Shown here piece by piece: positions 37,318-47,272 of a stretch of DNA of 64,000 bases. The notes under the pieces were generated by a model. It was not told where the DNA came from, made no database searches, and was given only the letters and a program-made list of their open reading frames with translations. Every line of letters begins with the position of its first letter. The stretch's first letter is position 1. Source of the DNA: a bacterium (GTDB taxonomy: Archaea > Thermoplasmatota > E2 > JACPAO01 > JAHFTW01); assembly GCA_040390065.1 (NCBI GenBank), contig JAZJZE010000006.1, positions 45,344 to 109,343 on the forward strand, read 5' to 3'. The position numbers were made by a program, and so were the translations under genes.

Positions 37318-40300
37318 CTACTTGAAATCGAAAAGTTTCGGCTTCTTCACTTTGTCATTCGTGAACAGCGACTCGACGGCCTGCTCCAACAAAAGAATGC
37401 GTTGATGCGTGTACGGGTCGATCTTGTACCGCAATGAGATGGTCTTCGAGATCTCCAGGTATTTTCGCACCGACCCTTCGTGGACGGTGAGCGTCAGGTT
37501 CGGGTTGCCGCATGCGAGGCAGACGCCTTTGAGGGGCATGCGCCGGAACTTGGTGTTGCACTTCGGGCATCGCACACTCTGTTTGCTGAATTTCTTGAGG
37601 TTGCCCATGAGGTCGGGCAGGAAGTGCGTGCCGATGACGGCGGCCCCCACGGCGGCTTCGTCGACGGCGCGGATCTTGCGCGCGAGTTCCATCTGCGCCG
37701 TCATCTTGTCCATCATGGAGCCCAACGTCTTGTACGCGGAGGCGACCGGGCCGGCGGAGATGTCCGTCGTGTCGTGCGTGAAGCCCCAACCCTCGTATTG
37801 GGCCGGTTTGCCGATGCGGTCACCGACGAGGCCCATCTTCTTTGAAACGTCCTTGGCGGAGGCGTGGCGGCGCGTCGCGGCGTAGAATTCCAGAGGGTAG
37901 CGGGTCAGCGTGTCGACGTTGTGCGCTTCCTTGTCGACCTCGTTGGGGTCGAGGCGCGTCGACAGGACCAGCGGGAGATCCATGAGGCCGCCGCGCTTGT
38001 CGGGAACGTAGGCGCGACTGAAGTTGACGAGGCCATCCATGAGGAGCATGACGCCGTCCTCGTCGCCGTCGCAGTTGCGCCGCTTGGCTGCGTGGAAGAC
38101 GGGGTGGCCGAAGTGGCACTGCGCCGACGTGTAGCCGATGATGCGTGACAGTACGCCGCCCGAGGTGTGCGGTGCCAGTGCGATGGTGAGGTGCCCGACC
38201 AGTGCCTGGCGCCGCGCGGCGAGGTCGCCGCCTTGCTGGCCGAAGCCCTCCACGCGCGTCGACGGCAGGTTGTAGAAGCGCTGCAGGCCGTAGAAGCGCT
38301 GCAGCAGGTCGTCCATGTAGTCGGCGGCGCGCGCCAGGTAATCGCCACAGGACTCCGCCACAATGATGTCCTGGACCCGGAGTTCCAGAAGTTGTTCCGG
38401 CGAGACAAGTGGTGCGCCTGCGGCGTCATGCGTGTAGCCCATCTCGACGAGGCGCGCGACGGGGGTGCCGACTTCGCGCGGCCGGAAGTGCGTGACCGGG
38501 ACATCCGTCATGTCGAAGCGCACCGTGCCATCCTTGAAGGTGTAGACGCGGTGGCGCGCCCGCAGGATGCCCTTCTCGATGGGCTCGGGGACCTTCGTCA
38601 CGCTCATCAGCCCCTTCACGAGCTTGACCTGCTCGGGGATGCCGAGCCCGAGGGCGGTGCGGGCGCGCTCGACTTCGGCGACGAGGGCAAGCGGTGTCAG
38701 CGTTTCTTCCTGGAACGCGCCTTCGCGACGTGGCGCCGGTTTCGCATCGGTGTGGCCGCCGCAGTCGCAGAACGTCCGCCACGCTGGCTTGCCGCAGCGC
38801 GTGCAGGTGCGCTCTCCGACACCAATCTGCACCGTGCCGACGGCGATGGCGTCGGAAAGCAGCCGCTGCAGACCACCCGCCTCGCCGAGGGGGAACAGTC
38901 CGTGGACGGGCACCTTCATCAGGCGGACGTCGGCCTTCTCGGGGCGGCCCATGCGGGCGCCGATGCGGCAAGGGGCCCGTGGCATGACCTTGAATCCCGA
39001 CAGTCGCGACACGAGTTCGACCGTCGGGTGACGGCCCGGCAGGTCCGGCTGGCACGGGTCGTAGAGGATGGCGCGACGTGCCGTGTCCACGACGGGCCGG
39101 CCGCCTTCGGGGTCGTCGTCGCCGACGCCGAGGCCGAGGCCGCGCAGGAGCGGAATGGCGAGGCGCTCGTCGATGCGCAGCCGACCGTCCACGACGGTGT
39201 GCAGGCACAGGAGCTTGACCAAGGTCTCCTTGGGCTCCGCCTCGTTCGGCAGCCACAGCGCGCCGTCCTCGAACCAGCCGTTGCGCAGCGCGGCCTCGCC
39301 GAGCGACCGCACCTCCACCGCAGTGACGTCATGCCAAAGCAAGGTCCCGTCGGGGTGGAGCGCCACGCCCGTCGTCTCGGCAAGCCGCACCATGTCCGAG
39401 CCAGAGAGCGTGCCGGACTGGCCGACATCGGTGTTCGACTGTGTCGCGGCTTGGTGCTCCTGCACCCACCACTCCCAGGTCCACGACGCTTCGGGCAGGA
39501 TGGCATTGTTCTCGGCGAACTCACCGTACGGGACCAGCATCTCGCCCACGTCGACAATCTCGGCGATGGCGGTCCGGCGCTCGATGGCCTCGGCTGCCGA
39601 TGCGATGCGTACCAGGTTGCCGTTGCGCAGCAACACGGTCGGCCCTTCGATGGTGTCGCACGGGGTTGCCACGGTCCCCTTCCCGGGACGCTCGACTTTG
39701 AGCTGCGTGCCCACGGCGAGGAAATCGTCCAGGACCGTCATGGTCGCTGGATGCAACGCCGTCGAGGCGAGACCGCCGGTGCGGGCGCGGCCGTAGCGCA
39801 GACGGAACCCGCCGGGGCGCATGGGTTGGGCGAAGACTGGCCGGCCGGCAAGGATCTCCGCCATGAACTTGTGGTTGGCTGGGATCTCTGGGATGCCGTC
39901 GGCGCCAAGTTCGGCGGCCTTCTCCTTCTTGATGAGGCCCGTGAGGAAGTCCCAGCCTTCGACCTTGAGCGCCTCGACGTGCTTCAGGATCTTGGGCGCC
40001 TTGAGGATCATCCCCTCGGCCATGACGAGGCAGGCGCCGCCGCGCAGTTGGTTCGTTTCGACTCGCGCGAGGTCGCGGTTGCCCGACACTTCGATGCGCT
40101 CCGTGCCCTCGCCATTGATGCACACTGGGCAGCGACGCGCGATGAGTTCGATCTCCGCGGGCGTCGGGTTGTACTGCAGGTGCGCCTCCACCTTGTACGC
40201 CGCGATCTCTTCCTTGTAGCGCTCCACTTCCTCTTCCGTGACCTTGAACGTCCCGATGCCAAGCGGCCGCCGCACCAGGTCCGCGATGAGGACGGACATG

Positions 40301-40869
40301 GCCTGGGCCGTGCCACCGGCCGCGCGGATGGGGCCGGCAAAGTACAGGTCCACGTACTCGGTCCCGTCGGCGTTGGCGCCAATCTTGACGGCGGCGATGC
40401 CCTCGAGTGGAGCTACCAGCACGCCTTCGGTGAGGATGGAGAGTCCCGTGCGGACGGCCTGGTCCAGCGTCTTCTCGCGCGCCTCGCCCCGCTCGGTCAT
40501 CTCCTTCGCGATGTCCTGCGCGACCAGCAACGAGACGACTTCGCGGTTGCCCAGGCGGGCGGTCGCGTCACGGACGCGCTGAGCGACGCCGGGCGGTCCG
40601 ACTTGGGCCTCGACGCGGGCGGCAAGGTCTTCGGCCGGCGGAATCTCGACCTCGAGTGTCGGATCCTTGCCTTTGCGCCGTGCTTGCTTGGCGATGGCGT
40701 AGCAGCGCATGGCATCGGCGTGAAGGGATTCGAAATAGGCGCGGTAAGCAGGGCTTGCAGCCGGTCCTGTAGCCGGGGCGACACGTGAGCTTGAAGCCAA
40801 CGTTTGCGGAGCGGCAGGCGCAGCCGGCACGGTGCTGACCTCGATGGCGTTCGCCGCGTCGCCTCCCAT
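37318..40869 (-). CDS. polC: DNA polymerase II (PolD) large subunit DP2, no intein
   Basis: AVRTGLSILTEGVLVAPLEGI, YFAGPIRAAGGTAQA, GGFRLRYGR, HAAKRRNCDGDED and C-terminal Zn finger. Confidence 0.97.
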   Translation of the reverse strand: MGGDAANAIEVSTVPAAPAAPQTLASSSRVAPATGPAASPAYRAYFESLHADAMRCYAIAKQARRKGKDPTLEVEIPPAEDLAARVEAQVGPPGVAQRVRDATARLGNREVVSLLVAQDIAKEMTERGEAREKTLDQAVRTGLSILTEGVLVAPLEGIAAVKIGANADGTEYVDLYFAGPIRAAGGTAQAMSVLIADLVRRPLGIGTFKVTEEEVERYKEEIAAYKVEAHLQYNPTPAEIELIARRCPVCINGEGTERIEVSGNRDLARVETNQLRGGACLVMAEGMILKAPKILKHVEALKVEGWDFLTGLIKKEKAAELGADGIPEIPANHKFMAEILAGRPVFAQPMRPGGFRLRYGRARTGGLASTALHPATMTVLDDFLAVGTQLKVERPGKGTVATPCDTIEGPTVLLRNGNLVRIASAAEAIERRTAIAEIVDVGEMLVPYGEFAENNAILPEASWTWEWWVQEHQAATQSNTDVGQSGTLSGSDMVRLAETTGVALHPDGTLLWHDVTAVEVRSLGEAALRNGWFEDGALWLPNEAEPKETLVKLLCLHTVVDGRLRIDERLAIPLLRGLGLGVGDDDPEGGRPVVDTARRAILYDPCQPDLPGRHPTVELVSRLSGFKVMPRAPCRIGARMGRPEKADVRLMKVPVHGLFPLGEAGGLQRLLSDAIAVGTVQIGVGERTCTRCGKPAWRTFCDCGGHTDAKPAPRREGAFQEETLTPLALVAEVERARTALGLGIPEQVKLVKGLMSVTKVPEPIEKGILRARHRVYTFKDGTVRFDMTDVPVTHFRPREVGTPVARLVEMGYTHDAAGAPLVSPEQLLELRVQDIIVAESCGDYLARAADYMDDLLQRFYGLQRFYNLPSTRVEGFGQQGGDLAARRQALVGHLTIALAPHTSGGVLSRIIGYTSAQCHFGHPVFHAAKRRNCDGDEDGVMLLMDGLVNFSRAYVPDKRGGLMDLPLVLSTRLDPNEVDKEAHNVDTLTRYPLEFYAATRRHASAKDVSKKMGLVGDRIGKPAQYEGWGFTHDTTDISAGPVASAYKTLGSMMDKMTAQMELARKIRAVDEAAVGAAVIGTHFLPDLMGNLKKFSKQSVRCPKCNTKFRRMPLKGVCLACGNPNLTLTVHEGSVRKYLEISKTISLRYKIDPYTHQRILLLEQAVESLFTNDKVKKPKLFDFK

Positions 40870-40945
40870 CCGAATCACCCAGCAGAAGGCGGCCGTTAAG
40901 GCTTGGGGGCGGTGGGTCGATAAGCAGCGCTTCGATGCCCTTGTC

Positions 40946-41821
40946 ATGGTCGCCCCAGTCGTCCTCACGGGAGCCCGCTGGCTGCTCGGTCCCGACGGCA
41001 TCAAGCTGGGCAGCGGGTTGTGGAGCCATCGCCAGGACATCGCCGCCGCGGTGGCGCAAGCGCGCGACCAGTGGGATGTTGCGACTTCCGAGCAGAAGCG
41101 CCCGGTCGCCAGATTCCTACAGGATACCTTTCCGCGCGGTGCCGTCCTCGAAGGCCGCACCGGCGATTTTGGCACCAGTCGACAGGGCAACGTCGACCGG
41201 TTCAAGGCCATCGACGGCCGCGAACCCGACGGCGCCCGCATCGTTGTTGGCGTACAAAACGATCGCATGGTCAGCATCGGCCTTTTGGCCGCCGTGGCCC
41301 GCCACCGAAGGAAGGAGGCCCTGGTGCCCGAGGAAGCCGAGGCCGTGGACCACGACCACTGGGGCGGGTCCGGTTTCGTCGTCGGCGGGCCGATCCCCAA
41401 TCCGCTGGCCGCGAGCTACCTCGATTGGTTGGCGGCGCAAGGCGATCGCTTCGGCTTTGCAACCGGCATCGAGTTCCCCGTTCTGCAGACCCCGATCGGC
41501 CACTTCGAACCGACCATGGATAAGGATCTGACCGACGGCCTGGACTACGGCCTGCTTGTCCGGTTGCCAAACTACTGGCGGCCGCAGAACCAGGTCGTCC
41601 TGGCCATGGGCTGCCTCCGTCATGGGACGGAGGCGGCGGCCGCGCTTGTGACGCGGCCCGACCTGACCGTCGGCCCGTCCTTGCGGGAAATCCGTAAGCG
41701 ATACCGCCGCCGAAGCTTCTGGGCCGTCGTGTGTGGGCGGGTCGAGGGCGGCACGCTGCGGCGCATCGAGTGCGTGACGAGCGGTGGGTTGCCGAAGGCC
41801 GATGCCTGGCGGTCGCGTTAG
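40946..41821 (+). CDS. Hypothetical protein with VGGPxxN / DYGLLV / GTEAA motifs
   Basis: Globular ORF divergent from DP2; ttaag upstream. Confidence 0.65.
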   Translation: MVAPVVLTGARWLLGPDGIKLGSGLWSHRQDIAAAVAQARDQWDVATSEQKRPVARFLQDTFPRGAVLEGRTGDFGTSRQGNVDRFKAIDGREPDGARIVVGVQNDRMVSIGLLAAVARHRRKEALVPEEAEAVDHDHWGGSGFVVGGPIPNPLAASYLDWLAAQGDRFGFATGIEFPVLQTPIGHFEPTMDKDLTDGLDYGLLVRLPNYWRPQNQVVLAMGCLRHGTEAAAALVTRPDLTVGPSLREIRKRYRRRSFWAVVCGRVEGGTLRRIECVTSGGLPKADAWRSR

Positions 41822-42051
41822 CTCCAATCCATCTGCGCCTTGCACGTCGGGCACTGCGTGTTGCCCGGGTTCACCATCATGCCGCAGCTCTTGCAGGTGC
41901 GACCGCCGGGCACGGTCTTGTTGCGGCCGGCCACGGCGCGCACGATGGCGACGATGCCCCAGACCAGGAGGCCGACGATGATGGCCCCCATGATTGTTCC
42001 CATGATGGCGACGTTCTGCCATCCGCCCATCCAGTCCCCGGGGTCTGCCAT
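41818..42051 (-). CDS. Small membrane protein with C-terminal Zn ribbon
   Basis: 77 aa: one TM followed by CKSC..CPTC. Confidence 0.75.
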   Translation of the reverse strand: MADPGDWMGGWQNVAIMGTIMGAIIVGLLVWGIVAIVRAVAGRNKTVPGGRTCKSCGMMVNPGNTQCPTCKAQMDWS

Positions 42052-42129
42052 GCGCGTCCATTCTGGGCCTGCACCAAATGACCTGCGGTGCAAATCTCTT
42101 TTCGGCGCAGCGTCGTCGCCACGCCACCC

Positions 42130-42942
42130 GTGCCGGAGCTTCCCGAGGTCGAGACCATCCGTCGCGGGCTGGAGCGCCTGCTTGCCGGCCATCGCATCGA
42201 CGGCGTCGACTTCCGCCCCGAGAAGCGGCTGCGGTCCGTCGGCAAGCGGCCCCTCGAGGAGTTGGAAGGCCAGACGGTCCTGCGCATCGACCGCCACGGC
42301 AAGTTCCTCCTTTCGCGTCTGTCTGGCGGCGGCACGCTTCTCGTGCACCTCGGGATGACGGGCAAGATCCTGTTTGCGGAGGCTGGCGAGGTCGAACGGC
42401 CGCACACCCACCTCGTGCTCGACCTCGACGACGGCCGGCAGCTGCGCTTCAGTGACCCGCGCCGCTTTGGCGCCCTCAAGGTCTACGCAAAGGGGCCGGT
42501 CCCAGACCTGCGAGGCTATGGACTCGACGCGCTCGACGCGGCGTTCACGGACGAGCACCTTGCCTCCCTTCTCGCGGCGTCGTCGGCGCCACTGAAGGCC
42601 TTCCTCCTGGACCAGCGCAAGGTGGCGGGGTTGGGAAACATCTACGCGGTCGAAGCCCTGTGGCGCGCCGGGCTTAGTCCGCGACGCAAGGCGAGGACCA
42701 CGCCCAAGGCCAAGGTCCCGACACTGCACGCCGCCATCGTCGCGGTGCTGCAGGATTCGCTGGCTGCCGGCGGCACGTCCTTCAACGACTACGTGGACCA
42801 CATCGGCCAGCCAGGCAAGTTCGTCGCCGACCTCGCCGTCTTCCAGCGCGAGGGCGAGCCGTGTCCGCGCTGCGGCGAGTCGGTGCGGCGAATCGTCCAG
42901 AGCGGGCGCAGTACCTTCTATTGCGGGCGATGCCAACGATGA
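42130..42942 (+). CDS. mutM: Formamidopyrimidine-DNA glycosylase
   Basis: PELPEVET, HLGMTG, DPRRFG, GLGNIY and C-terminal CPRC..CGRCQ. Confidence 0.96.
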   Translation: MPELPEVETIRRGLERLLAGHRIDGVDFRPEKRLRSVGKRPLEELEGQTVLRIDRHGKFLLSRLSGGGTLLVHLGMTGKILFAEAGEVERPHTHLVLDLDDGRQLRFSDPRRFGALKVYAKGPVPDLRGYGLDALDAAFTDEHLASLLAASSAPLKAFLLDQRKVAGLGNIYAVEALWRAGLSPRRKARTTPKAKVPTLHAAIVAVLQDSLAAGGTSFNDYVDHIGQPGKFVADLAVFQREGEPCPRCGESVRRIVQSGRSTFYCGRCQR

Positions 42943-42968
42943 AATCCGGGGCCGGCGGTCGTGCTGCG

Positions 42969-43295
42969 ATGACCGAGTACCGCACGATGGCGGAGTTCTG
43001 GCCGTTCTACTTGAGGGAACACGACCATCCGGCAACGAAGGCACTGCACGTCGCCGGCTCCATCCTGTCGTTCCTCCTGGTCATGCTGGCCATCGGCTGG
43101 CGCAATCCATGGCTCCTGCTGGCCGCCGTCGTCGTCGGGTACGGCTTCGCCTGGACTGCCCATCTTGCCATCGAGCACAACCGTCCAGCAACGTTCCGCT
43201 ATCCCGTGAAGTCGTTCTTGGCCGACTGGCGCCTCGTCTGGGTCACCCTCACCGGCCAACTGGACCGCGAACTGGAGAGGCACGGCCTGCGCTAG
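42969..43295 (+). CDS. DUF962 (Mpo1-like) membrane protein
   Basis: FWPFYLREH, GYGFAW..H..EHNRPATF.YP motifs. Confidence 0.88.
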   Translation: MTEYRTMAEFWPFYLREHDHPATKALHVAGSILSFLLVMLAIGWRNPWLLLAAVVVGYGFAWTAHLAIEHNRPATFRYPVKSFLADWRLVWVTLTGQLDRELERHGLR

Positions 43296-43393
43296 CCGCC
43301 CCGCGAATCCCCATCGCGCGCCCCGGGATGCCCCGCCTTGCGACCCGTTCCGTTTTTCCACGCGCGGTGCCCTCCCGGCGCATCCACGGGACC

Positions 43394-44572
43394 ATGGCAC
43401 TGAGTTTCACCAACACCGAGATCGCCTTCCAGTCGAAGACCGATGCCGCCCTGCGCCGCTCGTCCTGGATCTTCCGCGCGTTCGGCCATCCCTGGCTCGT
43501 GCGCACGGGCACGGCGCTCCTACGCGGCTCCCTCGCCCTCCACCTGCCCGTCCGCGGGCTCATCAAGCGCACGATGTTCCGCCAGTTCTGCGGCGGTGAG
43601 AGCATCGCAGAATGCGGCCCCACGATTGAGGCGCTCGCGCGTTACCGCATCGGCACAATCCTCGACGTTGCTGTGGAAGGCCGCGAGGAGGAGGCGGAGT
43701 TCGATGGCACGGCGGACGAGGTCGAACGCACGATTGACCTTGCCGCCGGAAATCCATCCATCCCGTTCTGCGTGTTCAAGCTCACGGGCGTGGCGCGCTT
43801 TGGGCTGCTCGAGCAAGTCAGTGGTGGAAGCCCGCTTGCCCCGCGCGAGCGCGCGGAATGGGAGCGCGTCACCGCCCGCGTTCGGCGTCTGTGCGCCCGC
43901 GCCCACGAAAAGCACGTGCGCATCTTCGTCGACGCCGAGGAGTCGTGGATCCAGGACGCAGTCGACGCCGTCGCGACGGAGATGATGGCCACGTTCAACA
44001 CGCAGACGGCCATCGTCTTCAACACCATCCAGCTCTACCGGCGGGGACGGCTGGAGTTTCTCCGCGAGAGTCTGCGGCACGCCACCGAGGGCCGCTACCG
44101 GCTCGGCCTCAAGCTCGTACGCGGCGCGTACATGGAGAAGGAGCGTGCCCGGTCTGCCCGGCTTGGGGTCGAGCCCAGCATCCTTCCCGACAAGACGGCG
44201 ACGGATGCGGCCTACGACGAGGCTCTGGCGTTCTCGGTCGAGCACCTCGACCTCATCGACCTTGTCGCCGGCACGCACAACGAGGCCTCGACGCTCCTGC
44301 TCACCCGCCTCATGGAGAGCCGCGGACTGAAGCGTGACGACCCACGGGTCTTCTTCTCCCAGCTGCTTGGGATGAGCGACCACCTGTCCTACAACCTTGC
44401 GCATGACGGCTACAACGTCTGCAAGTACGTCCCGTACGGTCCGGTGCGAGCCGTCGTCCCGTACCTCACGCGGCGCGCCGCGGAGAACACGTCGATCCGA
44501 GGCCAGACCGGCCGCGAACTCGCGCTCATCCTGCAGGAGCGGCGCAGACGCCGGGCCCGCACGGCGAGCTAG
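43394..44572 (+). CDS. Monofunctional proline dehydrogenase
   Basis: FCGGE, DAEESW, KLVRGAYME, GTHN, QLLGM and KYVPYGP..YL.RR motifs. Confidence 0.93.
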   Translation: MALSFTNTEIAFQSKTDAALRRSSWIFRAFGHPWLVRTGTALLRGSLALHLPVRGLIKRTMFRQFCGGESIAECGPTIEALARYRIGTILDVAVEGREEEAEFDGTADEVERTIDLAAGNPSIPFCVFKLTGVARFGLLEQVSGGSPLAPRERAEWERVTARVRRLCARAHEKHVRIFVDAEESWIQDAVDAVATEMMATFNTQTAIVFNTIQLYRRGRLEFLRESLRHATEGRYRLGLKLVRGAYMEKERARSARLGVEPSILPDKTATDAAYDEALAFSVEHLDLIDLVAGTHNEASTLLLTRLMESRGLKRDDPRVFFSQLLGMSDHLSYNLAHDGYNVCKYVPYGPVRAVVPYLTRRAAENTSIRGQTGRELALILQERRRRRARTAS

Positions 44573-44747
44573 GCAGACGATCCGGCTGCGGATCCCAGCG
44601 GGCCGCCGCAAGCGGCCTGTGCGACGCCTGGCGCGCTAGGCCCGGTCCGTCTCCTGCGTCAGTGGGCAGGTTCCTACGACAAGCAGGCTCTGGGGCGTTT
44701 CAATGGGCTCGGTGAGTCCAGTGCTTGGTCAGCAGTCAGCCCTGAAA

Positions 44748-44860
44748 GTCAATCGGCGGAATCTGCTCCCAGTCCGCGTGCGTGCAAGACGTGCAAGAGC
44801 GAACCCGGGTGGATGCCTCGGCATCAGCGTCATCTGCGGATACATGGGCCGCCTCGCTCC
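44748..44860 (-). repeat. Dispersed non-coding repeat, copy D (inverted)
   Basis: Matches parts of both copy A (3837-3864) and copy C (17625-17647). Confidence 0.75.
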
Positions 44861-45272
44861 GCCCAAGGCGGCCGCGCCTTGCCGGCGTCCTACATGTCGA
44901 GGCAGACGATGTCTTCTTCGGGCCGGTGCATGTCGCGCAGGCTCCGTAGCCACAGACGCAAGGCGCGGCCGTCGGCATCGTCGGGAATTGCAGCCTCTTG
45001 CTTCGTGGAATCGTTCATGGCTTTCCTTCGTCACTCCTCGTTGATGCCCGTAGCGTCGACCAGACAGGAACGGCCGGCTAGGGTGCAGTCCAACTGATGG
45101 GGATGGCATGGGCCAGGCCAGCCAGGTCGGAGCGGCCAAGGCGGCGCACCGCGACCAAGCGTCCGTCGGTCATCGCAATGTCGCCCAAGAAATCGGCCAC
45201 GAGGTCGCATCTGCTTGCGTGCGACATACCCGTTCAGGGGCAAGACCTGGGGGACACGGACACGGCGTCGGC

Positions 45273-45818
45273 TCAGCCGTACATGTCGCCGTCTTGCTCG
45301 GCCTCGTCGAGGGCTTCCTGCTCGTCCTGCTGGATGCCTTCTCCCTCGCGCTGCTCCTCTTGGCGCTGCTCCGCCTCGGCCTCGGCCAGGGCCTGCGCCT
45401 CCGCGGCGCGTTCGCCCCGGAACAGGCGAACCGTGATGGGGTCGTCGGCGATGGGGTCCGGCGTCTGGAGGGCGGGTGGCACGAGGCCCAGCTGTTCGAT
45501 GGCAGGATCAGGTTGGGACGTCGTGGCCTCTTGCTGCCTGGTGCCGGGGGTGGCGGCGGTCTCGGCGTCGTGGAGTGCGCGGCGGGCGACCGACCAGAGA
45601 TAGATAGGCTGCGTCGGATTGGCCGTGCGGTCGATGACGGCTTCGGGATGCAGGAGCGGCCCCGTCGGATCGGAGGCCTTTGTCAGCCAGCGCACCTCGA
45701 CGTCGTCGGGTTGTCCGCCGCCGTCGCGAACGACGCGGGACAGCCGTGGGCGCGCTTGGTCGCCCGTCAGCGTGACGGGGACGTCATTCAGGTATACGAC
45801 CGAAAATTCTGTTTTCAT
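45273..45818 (-). CDS. Hypothetical protein, putative ubiquitin-like domain plus acidic tail (paralog 1)
   Basis: Aligns with the proteins at 46557-46943 and 58118-58513. Confidence 0.75.
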   Translation of the reverse strand: MKTEFSVVYLNDVPVTLTGDQARPRLSRVVRDGGGQPDDVEVRWLTKASDPTGPLLHPEAVIDRTANPTQPIYLWSVARRALHDAETAATPGTRQQEATTSQPDPAIEQLGLVPPALQTPDPIADDPITVRLFRGERAAEAQALAEAEAEQRQEEQREGEGIQQDEQEALDEAEQDGDMYG

Positions 45819-45940
45819 GGCAAGCATCCAACGCGCAGCGGACCGGGCCTTCCGAGGAAGGCATGGGGTCCACGCGCACATTGGCTCCTGCCCTCGAACG
45901 ACACAAGGTTTCTGGGACGACTCCGGGGGGCGCGGCCCCG

Positions 45941-46477
45941 TCAGAAGCCCAGGCTGACGACGGCCACGATGGACGGCGGCGTCATGCTCTGAACGAGCGT
46001 GCCTTCCCAGTGCACCTTGGCACTGCGGCCAAGGCGGGCGAACGTGGTCCGGTTCAGGCTCTCGTTGACGAGCTGGATGAGGTCCTTGCCGTAGACTTCG
46101 CACTGGGCGTCGGTCAAGGCCAGGACGACGTGCACGTCGTGGTCGGACAGGTCTTGCAGGACGAGGCCGAGTTGCTCGATGACGTGAGCCCGGCGTGCTG
46201 CAGGCAACCCCGTGGCCGTGGCGGCCCACTCCTTGAAGAGCGGATGGCTGACGTGCACGACAATCGAGCCAGTCGAGGCCTCGGCGCCGGCGCGCCCCGG
46301 GACGTCGCATCGGGCCGTGAAACACGTTGCAAAGAGGGTTCTCGGGTGGTCGAAGTGGCCCAGCGCGGAGTGCCGCGCCTGGTTCAGGAAGTGCAGGGTG
46401 GTCGCCTCGGGGCCGACGTCCTCGCGCTTGTTTGCGACGAGGAGTTCGGTCTGCCGGGGCTTGATGATTCCGTGCAT
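45941..46477 (-). CDS. Hypothetical protein
   Basis: Globular-looking 178-aa ORF between the two paralogs, same strand. Confidence 0.6.
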   Translation of the reverse strand: MHGIIKPRQTELLVANKREDVGPEATTLHFLNQARHSALGHFDHPRTLFATCFTARCDVPGRAGAEASTGSIVVHVSHPLFKEWAATATGLPAARRAHVIEQLGLVLQDLSDHDVHVVLALTDAQCEVYGKDLIQLVNESLNRTTFARLGRSAKVHWEGTLVQSMTPPSIVAVVSLGF

Positions 46478-46556
46478 GGTGGTACACCCTCTATGCATGC
46501 AGAAGGCCAAGTATGTCTGGACGCCCAAACCTGTCGGGTCCCGTCAAGCGCCGGGG

Positions 46557-46943
46557 TTACGGCTTCAGTGGCGCAATGGGTGACGGCAGGCGCGGTTCGT
46601 TGCCATCCATTGGGACGGGAACCTCTGGCGCAGAACCGACGGTGGAAGGGGCGCGCGGCGGGGCCGGCAGGTTCGTGGGGGTCGGACGGGCTGGCGCCCG
46701 GCTGACGCAAGTGAGATACACCGCAACCGTCGGTTCGGCAGTGCGATCGATGACCTCCTCCAATCCCACGGGCTGGCCGCCGGGGTCGTTGGCGGACCGT
46801 GCACGAAGCACTTGGACCAACTCTGGCCGTTTTCCTCCGGCCACGACAATCTTCGAGACGCGCGGCCGCGGGTCGCCCATCAGTCCGACGGGTTCATTGT
46901 CGAGGTACACGGTCGCAAGCGTTGGGAGTTTCACGGGAGTCAC
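46557..46943 (-). CDS. Hypothetical protein, putative ubiquitin-like domain plus Pro-rich tail (paralog 2)
   Basis: VYLDNEPV..RPRVSKIV..GG..P..VIDRTAEP..VYL. Confidence 0.75.
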   Translation of the reverse strand: MTPVKLPTLATVYLDNEPVGLMGDPRPRVSKIVVAGGKRPELVQVLRARSANDPGGQPVGLEEVIDRTAEPTVAVYLTCVSRAPARPTPTNLPAPPRAPSTVGSAPEVPVPMDGNEPRLPSPIAPLKP

Positions 46944-47069
46944 GGGCAGCCTTGGCGATCGTGCGATGTCAGGCCCAACGGTGGGGCGGTAATAACCCGG
47001 GAAGATGGGCGAACATGTCGGGCCGCGGCGGCGTGCACCGCTGATTGGGGGCCCATCACGCGGGCCAAC

Positions 47070-47234
47070 TCACCACGCCGGCGGCCGGCCGCAGTACGTT
47101 TCGCCGTGGTCGCTGGACACGTCGTGCAGGCGCACGCCGGGGGGCAACTGGTCTTGGCGCATCGTCCAGCCGCAATCGCCGCATTCCCAGGCCGCGGGCA
47201 TACCCGAGGGAGGCGCTGCGATGCCGGTGGACAT
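47070..47234 (-). CDS. Small putative Zn-finger protein
   Basis: 54 aa; WECGDCG..H....C; directly downstream of the wHTH gene. Confidence 0.45.
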   Translation of the reverse strand: MSTGIAAPPSGMPAAWECGDCGWTMRQDQLPPGVRLHDVSSDHGETYCGRPPAW

Positions 47235-47272
47235 GCGCGTCGTCCGTGCGGGCCTGGAGGTTGGCGCCACGT

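Noticed and set aside
38040-38110. Intein in DP2
   Set aside because: HAAKRRNCDGDED is contiguous and the protein length is normal
40870-41400. N-terminal extension of DP2 in the ORF track
   Set aside because: It overlaps a plausible plus-strand gene; DP2 similarity begins after ATG 40869
44573-45272. Short ORFs in the gap after proline dehydrogenase
   Set aside because: They overlap repeat copy D and show no recognisable motifs; cannot be supported
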